Assembly: GCA_964608735.1 (NCBI GenBank)
Contig: CAZSPL010000008.1
Span: 1 to 40,582 of the forward strand
Direction of reading: 5' to 3'
DNA from: an uncultured Planctomycetota bacterium
GTDB taxonomy: Bacteria > JAJVIF01 > JAPKYR01 > CAZSPL01
Length of the DNA stretch: 40,582 bases
Under the pieces are notes generated by a model that worked only from the letters and a program-made list of their open reading frames with translations, was not told the DNA's origin and did no database searches. Made by a program: the position numbers and the translations under genes. Shown here in pieces: positions 33,978 through 40,582 of this stretch. Each line of letters starts with the position of its first letter. Position 1 is the first letter of the stretch.

Positions 33978-35036
33978 ATGGTCAATCGAATCTTGCCTCT
34001 GATTATCCTCATCGCGATTATTGCCGCCATCATGGGATGCAGCGGCGTGCAACCGCAGGCACCCGATTTCAACGGCGACACGGGCATCCTCGACAGGATT
34101 GCATCGGGGAGCCAGTTCAGCCTTATCGCGTTCGCAAGGCAGATGGGAGTCTACCCCGAGCCGAACCGCGATATTTTCGTGATGACTCCCAACGGAGCCA
34201 AGGTAGAGCAGGTTACTAAAAGCCCCTATGACGACGACGACCCGGCGTTCTCGCACAACGGGCGCGCGATAGCGTTCGTATCAAACCGCTCGTCCGGTGC
34301 GCCCTACGGAGCCCACGATATCTTCACCGTTACGCTCAGCGGCGGCGTCAAACAGATGACGGATCAAGCGTGGGAATTCGAATCGTCATCCCCGGACTAT
34401 GGCCCCGGCTTCATCATCGCCGCGCAACTCAATACCCTTATCGGCGCGCCGTTCGATGTCGTACGGGTGACCGCCCTTGACCCCTGGGCGGGAGCATGGC
34501 AGATATTCGTCGATACTAAGCAGGTCGCGAGTTACACGCCGTGTATCAGCTACGACGGACAGACACTCATCTTCGCGGCTCGGCCGATGGGCCCGGGATA
34601 CGCTGGAAGCATCGAGCTCTACATGCTCAAGAAAGGATGGGCGGATCCCATTCAGTTGACCGCTTTCGGCGGCGAGGACATAGAGGACTGGGTATACACC
34701 ACAAACCCGTCATTTTCATTCGACGGAACGAAGGTTGCGTTCCAGACGACCCTTTGGGACGGCAATACCGAAATCGCTTATCTGGTTCTCGATGACAGCC
34801 AGACATATCCGCTGGGACCGGAAGACATAGTGCGTGTAACCGAGGATCCCGCGTCGGATATGCAGCCATCATGGGGCCCGGACGGCGTTAGGATTGCGTT
34901 CGTCACCGACCGTAACGGCAATTTCGAGCTGTATACCATTGCAGACCCGATGGCTCCACCGCCGGATCCGGCGATAGTAAGGCTGACTTGGACCGACCAG
35001 GATGAATCGAATCCCGATTGGTCGAATTATTATTAA
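33978..35036 (+). CDS. lipoprotein with TolB-like PD40/WD40-like beta-propeller repeats
   Basis: 352 aa, SD GGAGGG, lipobox IMGCSG. It has PD40-type repeats (DDDPAFSHNGRAIAFVSNRS; SWGPDGVRIAFVTDRNGNFELY). Confidence 0.85.
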   Translation: MVNRILPLIILIAIIAAIMGCSGVQPQAPDFNGDTGILDRIASGSQFSLIAFARQMGVYPEPNRDIFVMTPNGAKVEQVTKSPYDDDDPAFSHNGRAIAFVSNRSSGAPYGAHDIFTVTLSGGVKQMTDQAWEFESSSPDYGPGFIIAAQLNTLIGAPFDVVRVTALDPWAGAWQIFVDTKQVASYTPCISYDGQTLIFAARPMGPGYAGSIELYMLKKGWADPIQLTAFGGEDIEDWVYTTNPSFSFDGTKVAFQTTLWDGNTEIAYLVLDDSQTYPLGPEDIVRVTEDPASDMQPSWGPDGVRIAFVTDRNGNFELYTIADPMAPPPDPAIVRLTWTDQDESNPDWSNYY

Positions 35037-35057
35037 TACCCGATTTAGTTTAACAAC

Positions 35058-35090
35058 AAACCGCGGATATCCATCCGTGGTTTTTTTTGT
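35058..35090 (+). terminator. intrinsic terminator (possibly bidirectional)
   Basis: ACCGCGGA-TATCCA-TCCGTGGT (one G-U) followed by T8. An A-rich run lies upstream. It sits between convergent genes. Confidence 0.75.
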
Positions 35091-35119
35091 TTAGAATTTC
35101 GCTCCACCGGAAGCGATAG

Positions 35120-36109
35120 CTAAAACTGATAGTTTGTCCCGGTTCCCTCAGCCAGCGCCTTTTCATAAACCGCCCGCGCGGTGCTCATGTCCTGGATTGC
35201 AAGGCCGACCGATTTGAACAGGGTTATCTCTTTATCATCTTCACGCCCGGATATCTTACCGATGATGATTTCCCCGAGGTTTCCCCGTACGTTATCCCAG
35301 TCGAATTTACCTTCCCCTGCGGGGATGATGAAATCCCCCGCCTCGGCCCGGCATGCGGCGACCGAGTCGCAGATTATCTGCGCTTTGCATACAGTACCTT
35401 CATCGCATTCCCGCATATGCGGCGCGTGCGACCCGACCCCGTTTATATGCGTTCCCGGTTTGAACCAGTCGACATCGACGATCGGATCCCTCGAGCTTGT
35501 TGCGAGGGTGACCACATCGGCCTCGGATGCCGCCTTTTTGGGGTCGTCGGCGATTACGATCTCCACCCCGGTGGCGGCTTCGAGACGCTGCGCGAAATCG
35601 AGCTTCTTGTCCATGTCATCGAGGGAGTATGCGTAGATCTTTTCGAAATTTCTCGCGACGCTCATCGCGAGCACCTGCGTGTATGCCTGCACGCCGGTGC
35701 CGAAAATAAGCCCCACCTTCGTGTCATCCTTCGCCATGTATTTCGTCGCCACGCCGCTCACCGCGCCGGTACGCATCGCCGTGATGAATCCGCCGTCCAT
35801 CACCGAAACCGGGTAGCCGGTACTCTCATCGAGAAGGATGATCGTCCCGAGCACGTTCGGAAGCTGGTGCTTGGCGAGGTTGTCCTTGTACACCGTCACC
35901 ACTTTCGCGCCGAGAGCGCCCATGCCCTTGATGTACGCCGGCATGAACAGCGCGAGTCCGCCATATTCCGGCACGCCGATGGGCGTACGCTGCGGCATCT
36001 CCACATTTCCCGCGGCGAGTTCGCCGAATGCCTTCTCGGTGGCATCCATGCAGTCTTCCATGGTCAGGAGTTTCTCGATATCGTTCCTGTTTAACAGCAC
36101 TGTATGCAT
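35120..36109 (-). CDS. ornithine cyclodeaminase / mu-crystallin family protein
   Basis: Start moved to MHTVLLNRNDIEKLL (ATG at 36109, preceded by CCGGAGGCG). 329 aa with the Rossmann motif GLIFGTGVQA and typical OCD N-terminal motifs. Confidence 0.88.
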   Translation of the reverse strand: MHTVLLNRNDIEKLLTMEDCMDATEKAFGELAAGNVEMPQRTPIGVPEYGGLALFMPAYIKGMGALGAKVVTVYKDNLAKHQLPNVLGTIILLDESTGYPVSVMDGGFITAMRTGAVSGVATKYMAKDDTKVGLIFGTGVQAYTQVLAMSVARNFEKIYAYSLDDMDKKLDFAQRLEAATGVEIVIADDPKKAASEADVVTLATSSRDPIVDVDWFKPGTHINGVGSHAPHMRECDEGTVCKAQIICDSVAACRAEAGDFIIPAGEGKFDWDNVRGNLGEIIIGKISGREDDKEITLFKSVGLAIQDMSTARAVYEKALAEGTGTNYQF

Positions 36110-36194
36110 TACGTCGCCTCCGGTGAGATTCAAGTTTTTTTTGACGGCGCTGGAATTATATAGAAGCACGTTACGGGTGGCAAATCGCGCGGTA

Positions 36195-37163
36195 TCATCC
36201 GGCACGGTATTGCAGGAATGCCGAGATGATGAAATATGTCGCCGGTATACAGAACAGCAGGCCGTCAATCTTATCGAACACCCCCCCGTGGCCGGGGATG
36301 AGCTTCGAGGAATCCTTCACCGCCATCTCTCGCTTCAGGGCCGAGGCGCACAGGTCTCCCACCTGGCACAGGAAACCGAGTATCATACCGAGCGCGAAGA
36401 GGTATGGATAAGACAAGGGCTCGGGGACGACACCGGCATACGCCCCGAGGAGGACGAGCGATGTCCCGCTGCCTATCATCCCGCCGATGAGACCCTCAAC
36501 CGATTTCCGCGGGCTTACGGCGGGATTCAGTTTTATCTTCCCCCACAGCACCCCCGAGAAATACGCGCTGGTGTCGTAGCCCCATGCCGCCACTACCGGC
36601 AGGATAGAGAGGAACGCGAAGCCATGTGGATTCAGGTCATTCCGCGTAAGCATGGGGTAGGTCCCGGCATATGCCTCTCCGAGATTCCACAGCTTGAGAA
36701 TGAAGCTGAGCAGTCCGGCGATATAGAGCGAGCCCAGAAGCGTTATCGCGAGCTCGTAGAGGAAATTAGCTTTCTCGCGGGTGAATCGTCCCATCTGGTA
36801 GACAAGCGCCGAGAAGATGAAAAGCACGAGGAGAAGCTCGATGTAAGTATATTGCTGGTAGTATGTGAATATCAGCAGGAAGGTCGCGAAGATGTAGCCT
36901 AAGCGTCGCAGCGGGAAAATGGTGCGGGGCTTGTCGCACCGGGTAATGCGGAAGAATTCCCTGAGGGCGAGGATTGATGTGATTATCGTGGCGATGAGAA
37001 TCAGGAAACCGGAGTATGCCGCCACGCCGATGCATATCGCCCCCGCGGCGATGCCGTAGAACAACCTGCGCCCGATGCCGGGCAGCGGGAATTCACGGGC
37101 TGTGCTCGCATCGCCGGCGCTGCCGGGTATCGTTCTTTCAGATGTGTCGTCAAGCTTATTCAT
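36195..37163 (-). CDS. cdsA: phosphatidate cytidylyltransferase
   Basis: 322 aa, polytopic. It carries the CDS signature SALKREMAVKDSSKLIPGHGGVFDKIDG. Confidence 0.9.
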   Translation of the reverse strand: MNKLDDTSERTIPGSAGDASTAREFPLPGIGRRLFYGIAAGAICIGVAAYSGFLILIATIITSILALREFFRITRCDKPRTIFPLRRLGYIFATFLLIFTYYQQYTYIELLLVLFIFSALVYQMGRFTREKANFLYELAITLLGSLYIAGLLSFILKLWNLGEAYAGTYPMLTRNDLNPHGFAFLSILPVVAAWGYDTSAYFSGVLWGKIKLNPAVSPRKSVEGLIGGMIGSGTSLVLLGAYAGVVPEPLSYPYLFALGMILGFLCQVGDLCASALKREMAVKDSSKLIPGHGGVFDKIDGLLFCIPATYFIISAFLQYRAG

Positions 37164-37416
37164 TGGGGCCGGCCCTGCCGCGACAATCTTATCATTAAGT
37201 TTGGCGGTTGGGCAATCGGCTGCCTGCAGGGCGTAAAAACAAAAAATCCCCGCTTAAGCCCGGCGGCGCATTGCCGAAGAATAGTATTACGGTCCTATAA
37301 AAGGATTTTGAGCCCGATTAAAGTACTTTTGCCAGGAACCGCTTAAATAGCGGGTTTTAGGGCAATATCAGGGCTTTAAATATTGTGGCGCGATATAGGA
37401 TGTGATATTATTATAG

Positions 37417-37449
37417 TAGAAAATAGCAGGACGGATGGGCTATTTTCTA
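37417..37449. promoter_or_regulatory. perfect 11-bp inverted repeat in a divergent promoter region (candidate operator or hairpin)
   Basis: TAGAAAATAGC (37417-37427), an 11-nt spacer, then GCTATTTTCTA (37439-37449). It lies between cdsA (minus) and the small ORF (plus). Confidence 0.35.
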
Positions 37450-37507
37450 TCATAGGATGCTAAAACGGTATCCAAAAATTTGAAACGGGGAAAAAGTTGA
37501 AAGGGCA

Positions 37508-37525
37508 GCCTCCTGGTTCGGAGGT
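37508..37525 (+). promoter_or_regulatory. hairpin sequestering the Shine-Dalgarno of the 37532 ORF
   Basis: GCCTCC-TGGTTC-GGAGGT. The GGAGG at 37520-37524 lies 7 nt before the ATG and pairs with CCTCC at 37509-37513. Confidence 0.4.
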
Positions 37526-37531
37526 AACGTT

Positions 37532-37834
37532 ATGATCAGGGTCACGGAATTAGCAGTAGAAAAAGTCAGCGAAGAACTCATCCGCTGCAAGTACGACCTT
37601 AAGAGCCTCTTCAAGCTCATCGAGGAAGAGAACCCGCGTATTGCCGAATACATCCAGTGCCAGGCCAACAAGTCGAAATCGAGCATGGAGATAATCGGAA
37701 CCGGCGTGGTTGTCTATCTTCTGATCAAGGCCGAGTACGGTCTTGGGAACAACGAGGGTGTCGACGGTGAAACCAACTGGGACGCCCTGCTGAACGTTAT
37801 CGCCGAGCTTGATGAGGATGACCTGGATTCCTGA
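37532..37834 (+). CDS. small acidic hypothetical protein
   Basis: 100 aa with a good SD. It is predicted helical with an acidic tail (ELDEDDLDS). I recognise no family. Confidence 0.6.
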   Translation: MIRVTELAVEKVSEELIRCKYDLKSLFKLIEEENPRIAEYIQCQANKSKSSMEIIGTGVVVYLLIKAEYGLGNNEGVDGETNWDALLNVIAELDEDDLDS

Positions 37835-37902
37835 GAATCCATTCACCGGGCGATTTAGTAAATCTCCTCCTTAATGGGACCTGCCTGAAAGGTGGGTCCT
37901 CT

Positions 37903-38844
37903 TTATTCCCACGATGCGAGCATATTGGTGTTTTCCACGACACGCCTTATATCGGCGGGCGCGATGAGGTCGGCGATTTCCTTCGCCGATAATTCGAGGT
38001 ACCAGCAGATGTCCTCCGGCACGAATCCATGCGCCCACTGGCCATCGAGGCCGATGCCGTGAGAACGCGCGATGAATTCCGCCAGCTTCAGGCATGCCGC
38101 GGTGCGTATGTCGGGGGCGAGCGCCGGATGTTCCTGGGCGGCGATGAGCCCCCAGAGACGTTCGGGAAAATTCCATGAATGAAACAGCGCGGCCCCCGCG
38201 ATGGGATGCGTCAGCCCGAATGTTTTCAATTCGAGTTCGACAAGGTCCCCCTTCAAATCGCCGGCGGCTCTTACGACATGGGCGAAGCGGTCCCTGAACG
38301 CCGCGCCCATAACCAGCTTGCCGGCGTCATGCAGAAGCCCCCCCGAGATAAGGGTCGTCCCGTCGATATCCTTCAAACGCTCGGCGAGGATTGCCCCTAT
38401 CTGGCTTACCGCCGATGAATGCCGCCATAACTGGCCGAGGGGAATCGTGGGAGGAAGCATCACCGGCTTGAGCTCATCGTACACCCTCATCCCGAGGATC
38501 AACCCGCGGATGTTGGCATAGCCAAGAAGCGTTATCGCGCGTTTCAGGCTTGTGACCTTTCCGCGCAAACCCACATAGCTCGAATTTACGACTTTCAATA
38601 TCTTTGCCGCGACGGCCGGATTCCGCTGCGCGACCGCTGCCACCATGCGCGCGTCGGACCGCTGGTTCGACAGCACCGCGATGAGGGAATTAAGGTTGGC
38701 GGGAAGCTCGCTGAATTCGAACAGCGTGTTGCGCATCGCCCTGCCTTCGGGCTTGTCGAGCGCCGTGGAACTGAACATAACGCCCTTGTAAACAGCCTCG
38801 AAGACCGTCTCGATTCCTTTATCTGTTTCTACATGCGGCGGCAA
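37903..38844 (-). CDS. HDOD domain protein
   Basis: 313 aa with an HDOD core (AAKILKVVNSSYVGLRGKVTSLKRAITLLG..; GLLHDAGKLV). Confidence 0.85.
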   Translation of the reverse strand: MPPHVETDKGIETVFEAVYKGVMFSSTALDKPEGRAMRNTLFEFSELPANLNSLIAVLSNQRSDARMVAAVAQRNPAVAAKILKVVNSSYVGLRGKVTSLKRAITLLGYANIRGLILGMRVYDELKPVMLPPTIPLGQLWRHSSAVSQIGAILAERLKDIDGTTLISGGLLHDAGKLVMGAAFRDRFAHVVRAAGDLKGDLVELELKTFGLTHPIAGAALFHSWNFPERLWGLIAAQEHPALAPDIRTAACLKLAEFIARSHGIGLDGQWAHGFVPEDICWYLELSAKEIADLIAPADIRRVVENTNMLASWE

Positions 38845-38856
38845 TACATCCCACCC

Positions 38857-39843
38857 TTATTCCCATTCAGCCATTCGCCGGCAGTTTTGCTTTATTTCAT
38901 CCATCTTCAAATTATCCACGAGACGCGGTGCCTTCTCGACCGGCACGCCGAGTGTCTTCGCGGCGTGCTCTATAACCGAACTCTTCGGGTGCTCGCCGTC
39001 GGATCCGAGTTCGTATGTCCTGGCGATGAATTCGGCAAGTTCGATAGCGGCGGCCGCTTTGCGATCGGGAGCGATACTCGTGTGAGCCTGGTACATCAAC
39101 ATATTCCATAACCGGTCGGGAAGATTCCATCGCTTGCCAAGCGCGCCGGAAAGAATTGGATGCGCGACGCCGATTATCTCCAGCTCCGCGTTGATGAGCG
39201 TATCCCCATTCTCCGCCGCGATCTTCAGGCAGGTGGCGAATTTCTCGGGATTGATCGACGCGAGCACAAGTTTCCCGGTATCGTGAAGCAGCCCCGCTGC
39301 CTTGAGCGCCGCGCTGTCCATGTTGCTGACATTATCCGCGATAGCCTCGGCTATCTCGCTGACGGCAAATGAATGCTGCCACAGCATCCCGAGGGGGAGC
39401 GACGGCGGAAGCTTGTGATGCTTGTGCTTCATGAACGCGCTCGACCCCTGGAGAAGGGAGCTTATGTTCTTCGGACCGAGTACTTTCGATGCCCGCTTGA
39501 GATTGCCGACCCTTCCGCGCAACGCCGCGAAACTCGTGTTTACCAGCCTCAGCACTCTTGCCGCGAGCGCGGGATTCAGCTCCACGAGGTCCATCACCAC
39601 GCGAGGATCGCTTATGCCGTTATCCCGGTTGCCGACGAGTTTATCGATGTTCGGCGGCAGGTCGTTGTGCTCGGCGAGGGAATTATTGACGATGCCCGCG
39701 AGGCGAGGGTCGGTGTCGAAGTGGCGCGAATGATACAGCACACCGTTTAGTTTCGGTGAAGCTACTTCTTCAAGGCCCGTGCCCAAGATTATACTGGACT
39801 GCATGACAATGCTCCCATCAAACAAAATCACCGCCGCTTCCAT
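38857..39843 (-). CDS. HDOD domain protein (tandem paralogue)
   Basis: 328 aa with an HDOD core (AARVLRLVNTSFAALRGRVGNLKRASKVLG..; GLLHDTGKLV). An alternative start, MQSSIIL at 39804, has a GGGAG SD. Confidence 0.85.
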   Translation of the reverse strand: MEAAVILFDGSIVMQSSIILGTGLEEVASPKLNGVLYHSRHFDTDPRLAGIVNNSLAEHNDLPPNIDKLVGNRDNGISDPRVVMDLVELNPALAARVLRLVNTSFAALRGRVGNLKRASKVLGPKNISSLLQGSSAFMKHKHHKLPPSLPLGMLWQHSFAVSEIAEAIADNVSNMDSAALKAAGLLHDTGKLVLASINPEKFATCLKIAAENGDTLINAELEIIGVAHPILSGALGKRWNLPDRLWNMLMYQAHTSIAPDRKAAAAIELAEFIARTYELGSDGEHPKSSVIEHAAKTLGVPVEKAPRLVDNLKMDEIKQNCRRMAEWE

Positions 39844-40009
39844 CTGTGTGGAAACGCCGGGCTATTTTGCACCATGAAGAATGTCCGCCCGGCGAATCGT
39901 CGCGTTATTAATCATTCTTTAGATAAGGGCTTTAAACCGCACCGCCCGCGGGAGTGTCCATTTGATAAACAATAGCGGGGTTGTTATATTATTCAGCCTA
40001 CAGTGATGC

Positions 40010-40582
40010 ATGCGAGGTGGAATTTTGCGTGAACGATTGGATGCCGCCCTCAAAGCGGGCGCCGATGCCGACGACCTGACAATCAGGATAGAAGAAGTCA
40101 CGAGCGCCATGATTGCGTTCCAGAAAGATGAGCTCGACAGCCTCAGCCTCGGGAAATCCATGGGCTGCTCGGTGAGGGCTCTCGTCAACGGTGGATGGGG
40201 CTTCGTATCCTTCCAGGACATCGATTCCCTCGAAGAGCGGGTGCGACAGGCAATAGAGCATGCGCGCCTCGTCTCCGGCGAGAAATTGGTGCTCCCCGAT
40301 GTGCCGCCGGTGGTGGATGAAGTCCCGTCCAATGTGGTGAAGCATCCCGAAGATATCCCCCTGCATGAAAAGGTCGAAATGCTCAGGAGATATAACGACA
40401 TCATTTTAAAATACGACCCGAGGATTGCGTCGACCATCGTGCGATATGCCCACGGCCACAGGAAGTCCACGCTTGCCACGAAGTTCGGGACATATATCAC
40501 CCAGGACAAGATGCGCGTCAGCCTCAGCCTTGTGGCTCTTGTGCCCGACTCCGATGGACGGCCGCAGGATTGCTACGAGTCG
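40010..40582 (+). CDS. TldD/PmbA family metallopeptidase, N-terminal part (runs off the window)
   Basis: This frame is absent from the ORF track because there is no stop before the window end. Translation from the ATG at 40010 gives MRGGILRERLDAALKAGADADDLTIRIEEVTSAMIAFQKDELDSLSLGKSMGCSVRALVNGGWGFVSFQD.., typical of a PmbA/TldD N-terminus. Confidence 0.8.
   Translation, partial: MRGGILRERLDAALKAGADADDLTIRIEEVTSAMIAFQKDELDSLSLGKSMGCSVRALVNGGWGFVSFQDIDSLEERVRQAIEHARLVSGEKLVLPDVPPVVDEVPSNVVKHPEDIPLHEKVEMLRRYNDIILKYDPRIASTIVRYAHGHRKSTLATKFGTYITQDKMRVSLSLVALVPDSDGRPQDCYES

Noticed and set aside
35120-36268. N-terminal extensions in the ORF track. Cases: OCD-like to 36268, Gfo/Idh/MocA to 29716, DHOD-like to 15236, Cys-rich protein to 6907, DRTGG to 6268, lipoprotein from 29777.
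   Set aside because: Internal ATGs are preceded by good Shine-Dalgarno motifs and give family-typical N-termini. The longer versions overlap neighbouring genes or add non-homologous residues.

Overview
GC-rich bacterial chromosomal segment, probably from an anaerobe with a Gram-negative-type envelope. I call 37 protein-coding genes (two truncated by the window edges) and one tRNA. No transposase, integrase, CRISPR array, rRNA or recognisable phage or defence gene is visible.

Layout:
1. 1-6835 (minus strand): a tightly coupled redox operon. It encodes a Cys-rich unknown protein, a DRTGG protein, NuoE-like, NuoF/HydB-like and NuoG/FdhA-like subunits, an NfnA-like subunit, and the start of a further gene.
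2. 6.95-10.15 kb: a clearly AT-richer block. It encodes an ABC-2 exporter (ATPase plus permease) with three small membrane or exported proteins, and it abuts tRNA-Ala(GGC).
3. 10.3-26.0 kb: a sugar/sugar-acid utilisation locus made of two divergent operons.
   - Components: glycosidase-like protein, DapA-family lyase, atypical SDR, DHOD-like Fe-S protein, SdhA/FrdA-like flavoprotein, Zn-ADH, xylose-isomerase-fold enzyme, Eda, KdgK and two URO-D-family paralogues.
   - It also carries a CUT1-type ABC importer whose binding protein is fused to a permease.
4. 26-35 kb: a run of exported lipoproteins and beta-propeller proteins (PQQ-like, PLC/P1-nuclease-like, NHL, TolB-like). They are interleaved with a Gfo/Idh/MocA oxidoreductase and dnaN.
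5. 35-40.6 kb: ornithine cyclodeaminase-like gene, cdsA, a small acidic ORF, two tandem HDOD genes and the 5' part of a TldD/PmbA gene.

Most notable non-standard signals:
- A five-or-more-subunit NuoEFG-like plus Nfn-like gene string. Its FDH-like subunit has lost the Sec/Cys-His catalytic pair.
- A roughly 300-nt convergent intergenic region with two hairpins whose loops are 12/12 complementary.
- A two-copy palindromic terminator/REP-like repeat family.
- A topologically coherent fusion of a binding protein to an ABC permease.
- A PLC/P1-nuclease-fold lipoprotein whose zinc-ligand Trp is internal.

All functional calls rest on motif recognition by eye. No database search was run.
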